From: Candidatus Bathyarchaeum tardum
GTDB taxonomy: Archaea > Thermoproteota > Bathyarchaeia > Bathyarchaeales > Bathyarchaeaceae
Direction: 5' to 3'
Assembly: GCA_024650005.2 (NCBI GenBank)
Contig: CP122380.1
Location: 128,001 to 192,000, forward strand
Length of the DNA stretch: 64,000 nt
The translations under genes and the position numbers were made by a program. A model generated the notes under the pieces. It saw only the letters and a program-made list of their open reading frames with translations, searched no databases and had not been told where the DNA came from. Below are positions 18,649-29,585 of the stretch, piece by piece. Every line of letters starts with the position of its first letter. Within the stretch, counting starts at the first letter, position 1.

Positions 18649-19887
18649 CTAAATTGAATAATTCATTAAAATCAACGCAATAAGTAACGCTAAAGTTGTT
18701 ATTGTGTCTGCAAGAGAGCTTTCAATGGGGATAACAAAATTGTCTGGGTCTAAACCTCTTCTATAGGTTAAAATTGCTACTGAAAAAGATACTATTACTA
18801 TTACTAAAACTGAAATTATGTTTAGTATAACTAAAAGACCAAGAAAATTCAGGAAGGATTGCAACATCAACGAGCCCTGAATGGACAAGGAAATAACAGC
18901 GTACAAAGTAAACATAATAAGTGATGCAATCCACGTAGTTACGATTCGTTTTGAGTGGCTAAATATTGAACGAAAAGAAGGAGAAAGCAAACCTAAAGCC
19001 AATTTTGTAGTAGCTGTAGAGCCAACTATTGAACCTACATCTCCCACAGTGTCAATTAATGCAGGATAAACTGTGTAAATTTCTTTTCTACTGTTCACAA
19101 TTTTTTCAACATCTTTTAAAATGGTACCTGTGATGTTAACAATTATTGCAACAAAAAACAGTGTCACGAATGATTCTTTGATTGTTTTTATGAAGTCTTT
19201 GTTATGGATGCAGTTACGTAAGAAAATTAGAGCAACAATTGAAAGTATTAACCCCAAAGAAAAGACGACACTTTTTCCAACTATATTGAACATGAAAAAC
19301 AGGTTTAATATGAAAACATAAGATAATGTAACAGTAATATCTGCAGTTGTTGACATTATTGGATATACAATAACATCTGTGTCCAGCCCCCTCTTAAAAG
19401 AAGTAAACGCAAATAGTATTGTGAACAACGAGTTGATTAATCCTAAAAACATGGTTGCTGATACAACCATTAAAATGTCAAAAAAATCTAGGAAAGTTAT
19501 TCCCCAGAAAAGGCTTCCAATTATTATTGAAAACATGCTCATTATAATACTTGTTTCCAAAGTTAGGACAATTATTGATTTCAAAAGCGTATAGAATTCT
19601 TTAGTGTTTCCGCGAAGTTTAGGATAGATTGTTCCAAGATGCAAGCCTGTACTTAGCCGACCACTGTACAGACCGCTTACTACACCCCGTGCACTTAGAA
19701 CAACTGGATAAACTGCAATAGCCCATGGAGCAAGTTCAAAAACATTGAATTGAAACGCTACAATAAAACCAGCTAATATGCCGCCGAGATTAAATGAGAG
19801 GGCAATAAATGTTTCTTTCAATAACTCCATCGAAACAGCATGTTTGCTGAAGCTTTGCCAGATGTTGGCTAGACTCATCCGGTTCAC
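18649..19887 (-). CDS. MgtE/SLC41-type divalent cation transporter (two membrane repeats)
   Basis: RLSTGLHLG, GLDTD...P..STTAD and GLDPDN..IP..SSLAD repeats. Confidence 0.88.
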   Translation of the reverse strand: MNRMSLANIWQSFSKHAVSMELLKETFIALSFNLGGILAGFIVAFQFNVFELAPWAIAVYPVVLSARGVVSGLYSGRLSTGLHLGTIYPKLRGNTKEFYTLLKSIIVLTLETSIIMSMFSIIIGSLFWGITFLDFFDILMVVSATMFLGLINSLFTILFAFTSFKRGLDTDVIVYPIMSTTADITVTLSYVFILNLFFMFNIVGKSVVFSLGLILSIVALIFLRNCIHNKDFIKTIKESFVTLFFVAIIVNITGTILKDVEKIVNSRKEIYTVYPALIDTVGDVGSIVGSTATTKLALGLLSPSFRSIFSHSKRIVTTWIASLIMFTLYAVISLSIQGSLMLQSFLNFLGLLVILNIISVLVIVIVSFSVAILTYRRGLDPDNFVIPIESSLADTITTLALLIALILMNYSI

Positions 19888-20911
19888 TCTCCACCTGTAA
19901 TTCCTCCTTCAGCAAATCGCTTTTTTCCATTATGGCGCCCTTTTTGTCGCGTTTTAATCTACTTTAATGTAGCGAATATAAAAAGATTTTTTGCAGTTGA
20001 TGGTCAAACAACTTGAAAACGTTTTGACTAAAACTTGATTATTACTAAGGGGCAAATAGACTTTTAATATTTTTAATAGCGCTTACACAGATTCACCAAA
20101 AGGGTTTTAAATCAAAAATAGAACCGCTTTGTTTCAGAGTTTTTGTCATAAGAATTTGTGATTGTATGGGAAATAACAATATGCTGGAATGGTTGGGTAT
20201 ACTAAAGAATCTGTTGTTTTTCTTTTTTCTTTAATTGTCTTGTATATTCTAATAGTACTGGTTTATCACTTGGTTAAAGTAGCCGAATTTGTGTTTGAGC
20301 CAGTCAACAGCAACATGAATTTGCCTTAATGGTGTTTGTTTTTTAACAATAAAAACTACAGTCAACGTCTTTGGTCGTTTCTTTAGTTTTCCCTTCTTGA
20401 TGAATATCCCTTCGACTGATATTTAGATAGGTTTTCTATGATTGTTAAATCAATTCCCTTACATTTAACCAATTCAAGCACGCTTTAAGTTGGGTCTGAT
20501 TATGTAATTAACCGCGCGTCAATTTCTATTCCTGAATTTACACAGTTTTCTTTTGCGTTTTTAAATAATTTTTTCCTGATTCTAAGTACACTTCTTCACT
20601 TTTTCAACAATACATTGAGGCAACTGGTAATAGGCTTTCAATTCAGGATGTAAAAAAGTGTTAGGCACAACATGACCAACAGTTACTTTTGAACCATACT
20701 TGGAAGAAATCAACAAAGCAACTGTTTGAGCATGAACACAAGAACGCAAATCATCTACTCGAACAAGAATATTATGAAAAAATGATTTCCATTCATTATT
20801 TTCAAATTTGCTTCCTTGTCCGTGTTAACCGATCTTTCATAAAGTGCCTTATTAATAACCTGTTGGTATATTTTAAGAACAATCAACAATTAATGTAATA
20901 CGGGGAAAAAC

Positions 20912-21226
20912 GTGAAGGAAATTGGTCTTTTAGCCGATAGGCATACTGCAACTTGTTTTAAGTTGGCTGGATTACGTAATGTTTTTTCAGTTAATGATCA
21001 TGCAACAGCAGAAGAAACATTTTTTGAAATCTTGGAAAAAAACAATCTGCGTGTTCTCCTTGTTTCTGAAATAATATTAAATAACCTACAAAATATTACT
21101 ACACTTTCAGAACAACAATCTCCCTTAATTGTTCCAATACCTACTATGCTCGGTCGAGGATCTTCAAAGGTGGATTTCATGGTAGAGCTGATTAAAAACA
21201 AAACAGGGATCGAGGTGAAACTTTGA
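20912..21226 (+). CDS. atpF: A/V-type ATPase subunit F
   Basis: IGLLADRHTATCFKLAG, PLIVPIP, GIEVKL. Directly upstream of subunit A. Confidence 0.88.
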   Translation: MKEIGLLADRHTATCFKLAGLRNVFSVNDHATAEETFFEILEKNNLRVLLVSEIILNNLQNITTLSEQQSPLIVPIPTMLGRGSSKVDFMVELIKNKTGIEVKL

Positions 21227-23025
21227 CAACTCAACAAAAAATTCGAACGTCAAAGGGCACAATCTATCGAGTAGCAGGGCCTTTCATTATTGCTAAGGGC
21301 ATGTCAAGTTCTAGAATGTATGAGTTAGTAAGGGTCGGAGAAGCAGGTATAATTGGAGAAATAATTCGTCTTGAAGGTCAAAAGGTAGCGATACAAGCTT
21401 ATGAAGAAACTACTGGCATAAAAACAGGAGAAAAAGTAGAAGGCACTGGAAAACCGCTATCTGTTGAACTAGGTCCTGGGTTGATAAGTCAAATATACGA
21501 CGGGATCCAACGCCCGTTACCAGTTATTCAAGGCTTAATTGGATCTAGAATTGAACGCGGGGTAATCCCTCCTGCGTTGGACCGAAAAAAACAGTGGTAC
21601 TTTACCCCAAAACTCAAAAAAGAAACTAAAGTCGTGGGCGGTGACGTACTCGGAACAGTTACTGAAACCTCCCTTGTGGAGCATAATGTTCTTGTTCCTC
21701 CTACAGTCAAGGGAGTTGTAGAAGACATTGTCTCCGAAGGAAAATATTTAGTAACTGACACAATCGCCCACGTGAAAACAAATGAAAAATTACAACCATT
21801 ACATCTGATGCACACATGGCCTATACGACAAGCTCGTCCGTCCAAAACTATTCTATCTACTGAGATTCCTTTGTTGACTGGACAACGGATAATTGATGCT
21901 TTCTTTCCTTTATCCAAAGGAGGAACTGCAGTTGTTTCCGGTGGGTTTGGAACTGGAAAAACTGTTTTATCCCAAACCTTAGCGCGGTGTGCAGATGCAG
22001 ATGTTCTTATTCTAGTTGGCTGTGGTGAACGGGGTAACGAAATGGCTGATGCTATTGAACGTTTCCCACAACTGCAAGATTTTCGTTCGGGTAAACCTTT
22101 GATAAATAAAACAATACTTATTGCAAACACTTCAGATATGCCCATCGCAGGCCGGGAAGCAAGCGTGTATTCTGCTCTAACCCTTGCGGAATACTACCGT
22201 GACATGGGGTATGATGTTGCACTTATGGCGGACTCAACTTCTAGATGGGCAGAGGCTCTTCGTGAAGTATCAGGCAGATTAGAAGAAATGCCTGGAGAAG
22301 AAGGATACCCCGCATATTTAGCCTCAAGACTCGCCGATTTTTATTCCCGCGCAGGACGTGTTTTGACCCTAGGAAATGAAGAAAGACAGGGTTCAGTTAC
22401 TGTTGTTGGTGCAGTCTCTCCCCCCGGAGGAGATTTTTCTGAACCTGTAACAGAAAAAACTATCAGATTAACTCGAGTGTTCTGGGCTCTTGATTTTTCG
22501 TTGGCTCATCGTAGGCATTATCCAGCGATTAACTGGTTTAGGAGTTACTCTGAATATTTGGGGTCTCTTCAGAATTGGTACGAAACAATAGGAACTGACT
22601 GGAGCCGCCTACGCGAAAATGCCATGACTCTGTTAAAAGAAGAAGAAAAACTTCGAGAAGTAGTTTCTTTAGTTGGTGCTGATATACTTGGGGATAAACA
22701 ACGCACCGTTTTTGAAGCTGTTAAAATGTTAAAAGAGTATTTTCTTCTTCAAAGCGCTTTTCATCCTGTTGACTTGTATTGTCCAATGAAAAAAACATAC
22801 AAAATGCTTGAATTGATCTTAAAATTCTTCGAAAAATCACAACATGCAGTTAATTCTGGTGTTCCATTATCCTCTATTCTTTGCCTTGATGTAAAAGAAG
22901 ATCTTGCACGAATGAAAATCATAAAAACAGATGAATTTGAAAACGCCAGCACAAACATCTACCAAAAAATGGATCAACAATTTGAACAGTTACTAAAAGA
23001 AACTGCAGGATGCTCGTCCCAATGA
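21223..23025 (+). CDS. atpA: A/V-type ATPase catalytic subunit A
   Basis: [15 protein letters not shown] (P-loop), [32 protein letters not shown]. Confidence 0.96.
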   Translation: MTTQQKIRTSKGTIYRVAGPFIIAKGMSSSRMYELVRVGEAGIIGEIIRLEGQKVAIQAYEETTGIKTGEKVEGTGKPLSVELGPGLISQIYDGIQRPLPVIQGLIGSRIERGVIPPALDRKKQWYFTPKLKKETKVVGGDVLGTVTETSLVEHNVLVPPTVKGVVEDIVSEGKYLVTDTIAHVKTNEKLQPLHLMHTWPIRQARPSKTILSTEIPLLTGQRIIDAFFPLSKGGTAVVSGGFGTGKTVLSQTLARCADADVLILVGCGERGNEMADAIERFPQLQDFRSGKPLINKTILIANTSDMPIAGREASVYSALTLAEYYRDMGYDVALMADSTSRWAEALREVSGRLEEMPGEEGYPAYLASRLADFYSRAGRVLTLGNEERQGSVTVVGAVSPPGGDFSEPVTEKTIRLTRVFWALDFSLAHRRHYPAINWFRSYSEYLGSLQNWYETIGTDWSRLRENAMTLLKEEEKLREVVSLVGADILGDKQRTVFEAVKMLKEYFLLQSAFHPVDLYCPMKKTYKMLELILKFFEKSQHAVNSGVPLSSILCLDVKEDLARMKIIKTDEFENASTNIYQKMDQQFEQLLKETAGCSSQ

Positions 23026-24434
23026 AGAACTTCGCAAAGTCTGGTCGCACTTTTAGGACCATAAATGAAATTTCTGGCCCTCTGGTTTTTATTGAATCAG
23101 TAACTGGGGTTGGTTATGGCGAACTTGTAGAAGTAACTGCGCCAAACGGTGAAAATAGAACCGGACAAGTTATTGATGTTAGTGAAAACATCACAGTTGT
23201 TCAAGTTTTTGAAGGCACCTCTGACCTTGATATGAAGAATACCACGGCAAGGTTTACTGGGGAACCTATTAAATTGGCTGTTTCGATGGATATGTTAGGA
23301 CGGATTTTTACTGGCGGGGGTAAGCCTATTGATGGTGGACCCGATGTTGTTCCAGAACTTTACTTAGATGTTCATGGCTATCCAATTAACCCGTACTCAA
23401 GACTATATCCAACTGATTTTATTCAGACTGGAATTTCAGCAATTGATGGGATGAACCCACTGGTTTTAGGTCAAAAACTTCCAGTATTTTCTGGTTCTGG
23501 ATTGCCCCACAAAATCCTTGCATCTCAGATAGTTAAACAAGCAAAAGTAAAAGGAAAGGAAGAGGACTTCAACATAGTTTTTGCAGCCATGGGTATAACT
23601 TCAGAAGAAGCAAAATTCTTCAAAGAAGACTTCATGAAAATGGGTGTTCTAGGAAGAGTAGTTATGTTTGTTAATCTGGCCGAAGACCCAATCATAGAAC
23701 GGATTTTGAGTCCGCGTTTGGCACTTACGGCTGCTGAGTATTTGGCCTTTGAAAAAGACATGAACATCCTTACGATTCTTGTTGATATGACCAATTATTG
23801 TGAAGCTTTACGTGAAATTTCTGCTTCGCGCATGGAAATTCCAGGTCGCCGAGGCTATCCAGGATATATGTATACAGATTTGTCCAGCCTTTATGAACGA
23901 GCGGGAAGGATTAAAGAAAAAAACGGTTCCATAACTTTGATTCCAATTTTAACAATGCCTGACGACGACATAACCCATCCTATTCCTGACTTGACAGGTT
24001 ACATTACAGAAGGTCAGATAATCTTAGATCGATCCTTGCACAAAATGGGTTTATATCCCCCAATTAATCCTTTGCCTTCCCTTTCTCGTCTTATGGATAA
24101 TGCAATTGGAAAAGGCAAAACACGTGAAGACCATAAACAGTTGTCTGACCAGTTGTATTATTCGTATGCAGAAGGAAAAGTAATCAGAGAAACAGCATTG
24201 GTTTCGGGAGAAGCTGCGTTAACTCACGTTGAAAAATTATACATGCGCTTTGCAGACCGATTTGAACGTGAATTCATTGCTCAGGGACCTGAAGAAAACC
24301 GTGACATAGAGACAACCCTTGAGTTTGGTTGGGAATTTTTGTCTGAACTTCCTGAATCTGAATTTTCAAGGATAGACCCTGCTATAATCAAAAAGTATAA
24401 TCCTAAGCATAAAACAGGGGATGTGCCCAATTAG
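23022..24434 (+). CDS. atpB: A/V-type ATPase subunit B
   Basis: [53 protein letters not shown] overlap with the atpA stop. Confidence 0.96.
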   Translation: MKNFAKSGRTFRTINEISGPLVFIESVTGVGYGELVEVTAPNGENRTGQVIDVSENITVVQVFEGTSDLDMKNTTARFTGEPIKLAVSMDMLGRIFTGGGKPIDGGPDVVPELYLDVHGYPINPYSRLYPTDFIQTGISAIDGMNPLVLGQKLPVFSGSGLPHKILASQIVKQAKVKGKEEDFNIVFAAMGITSEEAKFFKEDFMKMGVLGRVVMFVNLAEDPIIERILSPRLALTAAEYLAFEKDMNILTILVDMTNYCEALREISASRMEIPGRRGYPGYMYTDLSSLYERAGRIKEKNGSITLIPILTMPDDDITHPIPDLTGYITEGQIILDRSLHKMGLYPPINPLPSLSRLMDNAIGKGKTREDHKQLSDQLYYSYAEGKVIRETALVSGEAALTHVEKLYMRFADRFEREFIAQGPEENRDIETTLEFGWEFLSELPESEFSRIDPAIIKKYNPKHKTGDVPN

Positions 24435-24436
24435 TC

Positions 24437-25090
24437 ATGTCTGCTGAACTTACTAATGTTCATCCGACTCGTTTAGAACTCTTACGACTGAAACATCGAA
24501 AGTCGATGGCTGACGGAATTGTTGATATATTAAAAAAAGAAATTGATGCGTTGACCCTTACACTTCTTGAACTTTTGAAGAAATATTCACCTTTGCGGGA
24601 AAAAATGTATATTACATTAAATGAAGCTTACAATTTTTTTGTTGAATCTCAGATGGTTTCGGGTTCGAAAAAAGTTGACGAAGCCTCACTTGTTACTCAA
24701 CCTGTTGATTATTACATTTTTGAAGAAACAACAACAGGAGTTCTAGGGCTGCAGTTTCCAGTTTTTCAACTAGAACAAAACCAAATCATCGGTCCTCGTT
24801 TCAATCCTTTGGACACTCCAGCTAGTTTAGACAATTCTTCTTCAAAAATTAATGATGCACTCCATGACGTAGTTAAACTTGCAGAGATAATGGAATGTAT
24901 TAAAACCCTTCTTGATGTAATTGCCAGAAAGAAGCGGCAAATGAATCGGCTTCAGTTTAAGATTATACCTGAACTGGATGCAACGATTCGTTATATTGAG
25001 TTGATTCTGGAAGAAACTGAACGCCAAGATGCCATCAGAGTTAGAGTTCTCCAAAGAAAACGAAAAGAGCGGTCTATGAAACGTGCTTGA
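24437..25090 (+). CDS. atpD: A/V-type ATPase subunit D (divergent)
   Basis: PTRLELLRLK, KRQMNRLQFKIIPEL, LEETERQD. Follows subunit B. Confidence 0.9.
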   Translation: MSAELTNVHPTRLELLRLKHRKSMADGIVDILKKEIDALTLTLLELLKKYSPLREKMYITLNEAYNFFVESQMVSGSKKVDEASLVTQPVDYYIFEETTTGVLGLQFPVFQLEQNQIIGPRFNPLDTPASLDNSSSKINDALHDVVKLAEIMECIKTLLDVIARKKRQMNRLQFKIIPELDATIRYIELILEETERQDAIRVRVLQRKRKERSMKRA

Positions 25091-25106
25091 AAGAAAATAG
25101 GGAGGT

Positions 25107-26192
25107 TTGTTGGTGTCTGCGTGGAAATATAAACAGTTAATGCCTAAGCTTATAGTTTACAAGCTTAACCTCATGGACACAAAACGAATAACAGGATTAG
25201 TTGGTTCAAGTCTTTTTCAAATCTCTTTCGTACTACAGAATAGCCCATATAAACCAGAAGTTGTTGAGGTTAACACAAAAGAGCTAACTTCCATTTCTTT
25301 GGAGGCTGCTCTTCAAAAAAATTTTATTAAAACCTGTGAAAACCTCATGACTTTGTCGCCTAAAGGAATTCGTTCCCTGATTTCTGGGTTGTTACTAAAG
25401 TTTGAGGCAAACTGTGTGAAAACTTTACTCCGAGCTAAAGAAGCTAAACTTTCTGTAGAAGAATCAATGAATTACGTTGTTCCTGTTGGAAACTTGGATG
25501 AGTTAACTTGTAGAAAAATTTTAGAAAACTCTGAAAACATTGAAGATGTTATTGAGTTTCTTTCAGATTTTGAGTATGGACTGTTACTGGAAAAAGAGTT
25601 TGAAGTTTACCTGAAAACTAAATTGTTTTATGTTTTGGAAGTTGCCCTTGACCGTTATGTTTATTGTAATCTTTGGAATCAGGCAAGAAAACTTTGGGGT
25701 TTGGATAAAAAGATTGCTAAAACAGTTATCGGATTAGAAGTGGATGCCCTCAACATCAAAACCGTTTTTCGGTGCAAGAAAATGGGTCTCAGTCATCAAC
25801 AGATACAACAGTACCTTATTCCTGTGTCATCAGTGTTAGGTGAAAAAGAGCTAAACGAAGCAATAACTGCTTCAGGTAACCAATCCACAATTGAATCTTT
25901 GATTAAGTCAGCTAAATATGCCTTATCACGAGACCATCAATACATTTTTGCTGAACTGCAAGACTTAGACTTGACCTCACTGACAACCCTTGAGACTTTC
26001 CTTGATCGAGGGTTACTAGAAACTAATTTACGAATGCTAAAAAGACATACCGCATATTTTAATATCGGTTTACTGTTGGCTTACTTGAACCTGAAATGGT
26101 TTGAAATAAAAAATCTAAGAAGCATCATCCGTGCTTCAGAAGCAGGTATCCTTTCGGAAAAAGTGAAAAAATTATTAATTCTTCCAAGATAA
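25107..26192 (+). CDS. atpC: A/V-type ATPase subunit C
   Basis: EANCVKTLLRAK, LEVALDRY, EVDALNIKT, EIKNLRSI. Confidence 0.88.
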   Translation: MLVSAWKYKQLMPKLIVYKLNLMDTKRITGLVGSSLFQISFVLQNSPYKPEVVEVNTKELTSISLEAALQKNFIKTCENLMTLSPKGIRSLISGLLLKFEANCVKTLLRAKEAKLSVEESMNYVVPVGNLDELTCRKILENSENIEDVIEFLSDFEYGLLLEKEFEVYLKTKLFYVLEVALDRYVYCNLWNQARKLWGLDKKIAKTVIGLEVDALNIKTVFRCKKMGLSHQQIQQYLIPVSSVLGEKELNEAITASGNQSTIESLIKSAKYALSRDHQYIFAELQDLDLTSLTTLETFLDRGLLETNLRMLKRHTAYFNIGLLLAYLNLKWFEIKNLRSIIRASEAGILSEKVKKLLILPR

Positions 26193-26198
26193 TCGAAA

Positions 26199-26753
26199 TT
26201 AATGGAGAACTTTATCAAGTTCTTCCCGTTTTTCTTGAAGCCACTCTTTGAGTATCATGCCTTTTTCTGAAACATCATGTTCTCTGAGGTTTAATAAAGT
26301 AGGGGGAAGCTTCCGATGCATAAATCTTTTGAGCTTTAGTCTGAAAGTTCCTGTTGATTGACATTTTTTTGGTCTTTTCTTAATCAAAAATGAATAATGC
26401 GTTTTAGTTGCTCCTCGCTTTAACTGCTTAAGAAAAAGTGCTTCTTGCTTATTCTCACCATGTAATCGTTTATTCAAGCTGTTTTTTCTTAACTCTGATT
26501 TTGTTAAGTTTATTTCTCGTTTTATTCTGAATTTTGAACCTTGATGTTCCGTGGATTTCAACTGCTGTTTTAGTCTTTTTAGATTTCTTTTCAACTTAAC
26601 AGATTCTGCTATGTGGGGATAAACCTCAGAAAAATTATGATACTCCGTAGTTTCACTTACTTGTTGATTCAAGTCAGCTTTAACTATTTTTTCATAATAG
26701 TTGAAATGCTTCATTTCACTTTTCACAAATATGTTTTCCCTCAATGCGAACAT
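26199..26753 (-). CDS. Hypothetical basic, helical protein directly downstream of atpK
   Basis: 184-aa ORF whose ATG follows the atpK stop after 2 nt. Lys/Arg-rich with a coiled-coil-like middle; no recognisable family. Confidence 0.6.
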   Translation of the reverse strand: MFALRENIFVKSEMKHFNYYEKIVKADLNQQVSETTEYHNFSEVYPHIAESVKLKRNLKRLKQQLKSTEHQGSKFRIKREINLTKSELRKNSLNKRLHGENKQEALFLKQLKRGATKTHYSFLIKKRPKKCQSTGTFRLKLKRFMHRKLPPTLLNLREHDVSEKGMILKEWLQEKREELDKVLH

Positions 26754-26755
26754 TA

Positions 26756-27202
26756 CTATATTTGGCCAATAATCATGAACGCAATAAGCAGTCCATAAAT
26801 TGCAAGAGCTTCAGATAGAACTACGCCTATCACGTTGGACGAAAATGTTTCGGGTTTTTCTGCTGTTGCTGCTATCAATGATGAACCACTATAACTGATT
26901 CCAACACCCGCACCAACTGTTGAAACTGCGATTACTATCCCTGCGATGAGGGCTTTGTTTGCGGACTCTATAGTTGTTATATCGGGTAATTTTCCTAGAA
27001 GCATGAACGCAATCAGCAATCCATAAATTGCTAAAGCTTCACCCAAAACAACTGTTATTATTAATTTGCTGAGTAATTCAGGTTTTTCTGTTCCAACACC
27101 TGCGAGTGCTGTTCCACAAATAATAATTGAAAAAGCAGCAGACAAAATTGGAACTCCAATAGATATTGCCAAACCAATCAGACTGATGAGACTAGGATCC
27201 AT
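26756..27202 (-). CDS. atpK: A/V-type ATPase proteolipid subunit K (c), duplicated, 4 TM
   Basis: Two repeats: EKPE...VVLGEALAIYGLLIAF and EKPE...VVLSEALAIYGLLIAF. Confidence 0.93.
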   Translation of the reverse strand: MDPSLISLIGLAISIGVPILSAAFSIIICGTALAGVGTEKPELLSKLIITVVLGEALAIYGLLIAFMLLGKLPDITTIESANKALIAGIVIAVSTVGAGVGISYSGSSLIAATAEKPETFSSNVIGVVLSEALAIYGLLIAFMIIGQI

Positions 27203-27217
27203 AATAATCCTCCAATA

Positions 27218-29119
27218 TCATGTAGTAGATTCGAACGGCTTAAAAGGAATTCCCTCGCCCGAATGAAATGTTGAAAACCATTCCACCCAATGAAGACGAA
27301 GAGTGTGCACAAAAACAACTAACCCTTCGATTATCATAACAAGAATTGTTCCTATGGCTATTAACGGGATGCTGGTTAATGGAAAAACTCCATGTTCTAC
27401 ACCCCCTAGTACCAAAAACAGGTAGTTCATTGCACTGTGTATAAGACCCAAGGCCATCAATCGGCTATATGACATGGCATGGCTGAGAGTTTCAGCAAAT
27501 ACTTCTACAGTAAACCCTACCCCCACCATTAATCCTTCAGCAAGAGCTGAGAACACAAAAATCAACATCAACGGGAGTATCATTAGCCCCCCGAGCATAA
27601 CCATGCCTTCTGAGAACCATAACGAAATGTTTGATATTCCACCATAATATGCCCACATGAATAAGCTGCCAAAAATAAGCCATATCCAACACACGGGTAT
27701 TGGGGCAAATTTGTAATGTTTGTGGTTGATTTCGTTTATTAATCTTAAAACAAGTCCTATGCTTATGTGAATTGTACCTACAAGAATTGCAAACCTTAAC
27801 ATTTTCATTGGTTCTTGGGTTGGTTCAAAGCCCCCTATTTGAAAGGGGCCAATTCGTGCTAAAGTTATTGGATGAATTAAACCTGAGGGACCAAAGAACT
27901 CGCCAAAAATAAATCCAAAAAAGATAGCAGATACACCAATGTAAACAAGCATTTCTCCGCTGATTAGCAAGTAATTGATTATGTCGTTTTGGCTTTGCAC
28001 TTTTCCTTTCTTTCGCAGAAAAGTCAAAGCTATTCCTAATAACACAAAAATTGCACCTTGTCCCACATCAGCAAACATTATTCCAAAAAGTATCGGAAAA
28101 GTTATAGCAAAAATTTTAAGGGGATCAATATCTCCACTGCCTGGGAGACCATATGCGCATTCTAGTTTTCCAAAGGCCTGCATATAGCTTGGGCATTTTT
28201 TGGGTATTATGGGATACTTTTCATCTACGTTAGGGAATTCGTCGTAAATCATGCAGTTTCCTTCAGATGCTTCTTTTATGCGGTTCACGGCATGTGTTTC
28301 AAAACTATTTGGTACCCAAGCTTCGAAAAAAACAATTTTAGAGCTTCGAACAAACTTTTCTTTTTCTTTAGTTATTCGTTTTTCTTCTTCTACAACGTTC
28401 AACATAATTAAAAGTTGGTTACGGATGTCGTCAAAATTGATTTTTCCCTCAATTGTAGATTCTATTGATTCAACTGTTTTTTTAAGAGTTACAAGTCTTT
28501 CCCCAAAATATCGTTCACTTTCTATGACGAATTTTGAGAGCTCTGCAAACTTTTGACCAATTTCATCAAAATCATCCAAGTGTTTAGCTGCAATTTTTTC
28601 AACCAGAACATGATGGTCTAACAAACCAGTACTCTCAATGGTTTTGTCCAGTTCGATTAGTTCGAACTCGATATGCTCTAATTCCATTTCTTCACATGGC
28701 GTAAGGGACGGGCCATTCTCAAATTGTTCAGGTTTAATTCCAAGGTCCTTAATGATTTGGTCAATTCTTGAAGCTAAACCATAGATTTTCACTTCTTCGA
28801 TTGGTAATTCTGATAATTGTTGTTCAACCTTGGCTAGAACTTTTTGTGTTGTTTCTTTTGTAATGGGTATTTCTGGTACTGGGAAAATGTCCGGTTTGAT
28901 GTGCAATGTTTCAAAAGCTGTTTCGATTTTCGAAAGTAGTTCAGAGCACTTTGAACTATTTTCATTTGAGTCTGTATAAGGAGTTAAATTGTCTTTCCAT
29001 TCTTCAGGATTTTCTTTCAAATCGATAAACTGTACTATTTTGGCGTGCCCAAGGAACCTAAGAGTTGCGTCAATATATTCTTCATGAACAAGAACTCTCA
29101 TTTTTTGTATTTCTAGCAT
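27218..29119 (-). CDS. atpI: A/V-type ATPase subunit I (a)
   Basis: YGLP...IDP, FGIMFADVGQG, FGEFFG, SYSRLMALGL (essential Arg), LRLHWVEWF. Confidence 0.94.
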   Translation of the reverse strand: MLEIQKMRVLVHEEYIDATLRFLGHAKIVQFIDLKENPEEWKDNLTPYTDSNENSSKCSELLSKIETAFETLHIKPDIFPVPEIPITKETTQKVLAKVEQQLSELPIEEVKIYGLASRIDQIIKDLGIKPEQFENGPSLTPCEEMELEHIEFELIELDKTIESTGLLDHHVLVEKIAAKHLDDFDEIGQKFAELSKFVIESERYFGERLVTLKKTVESIESTIEGKINFDDIRNQLLIMLNVVEEEKRITKEKEKFVRSSKIVFFEAWVPNSFETHAVNRIKEASEGNCMIYDEFPNVDEKYPIIPKKCPSYMQAFGKLECAYGLPGSGDIDPLKIFAITFPILFGIMFADVGQGAIFVLLGIALTFLRKKGKVQSQNDIINYLLISGEMLVYIGVSAIFFGFIFGEFFGPSGLIHPITLARIGPFQIGGFEPTQEPMKMLRFAILVGTIHISIGLVLRLINEINHKHYKFAPIPVCWIWLIFGSLFMWAYYGGISNISLWFSEGMVMLGGLMILPLMLIFVFSALAEGLMVGVGFTVEVFAETLSHAMSYSRLMALGLIHSAMNYLFLVLGGVEHGVFPLTSIPLIAIGTILVMIIEGLVVFVHTLRLHWVEWFSTFHSGEGIPFKPFESTT

Positions 29120-29240
29120 GTCATCATCTTCATATCTTCCCTCGGTTGATGATGTTTGTAATAGGTAATGTTAATTTGATATTAAGTCATTTCTAAATCA
29201 TCGAAAAACTATTAAAGCTTTTCATTTAACTCTACTTGTT

Positions 29241-29573
29241 TTGGTGTGCCCTTTGCTCGATTCCTTTAAGGAAGTGTTAGAAAAAGAACGTGAAGCAGAA
29301 CGTGTTGTTATTGTTGCTCGAAAAGAAGCAAAAAAAATAGAAACTGATGCTCAAGAAAAAGCAGAACTAGTTTACAGGCAAACTTTTCAAGAAACCATTA
29401 ATGAAGCAAGACGTCACGCAATTGAAACAAAAGAAAGAGCAGAAAAAGAAGCAGAAGCTGAATCGCAAGTTTTTATGAAACGTGCTGAGGTTCTGAAAAC
29501 GCGCATTAAAGTCAGTGGTCAGCAAAACTTTAATGAAGCTGTAGATGAGGTTTTGAACGAATTTTTGTTATAA
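29241..29573 (+). CDS. atpH: A/V-type ATPase stalk subunit H (G)
   Basis: Charged coiled coil (EKEREAERVV..ARKEA) ending NFNEAVDEVL; precedes subunit E. Confidence 0.78.
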   Translation: MVCPLLDSFKEVLEKEREAERVVIVARKEAKKIETDAQEKAELVYRQTFQETINEARRHAIETKERAEKEAEAESQVFMKRAEVLKTRIKVSGQQNFNEAVDEVLNEFLL

Positions 29574-29585
29574 CTTGGTGAAATT

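Noticed and set aside
20689-20898. 69-aa ORF before atpF as an extra ATPase subunit
   Set aside because: TTG start without RBS, no similarity to any subunit, and all nine subunits are already found.
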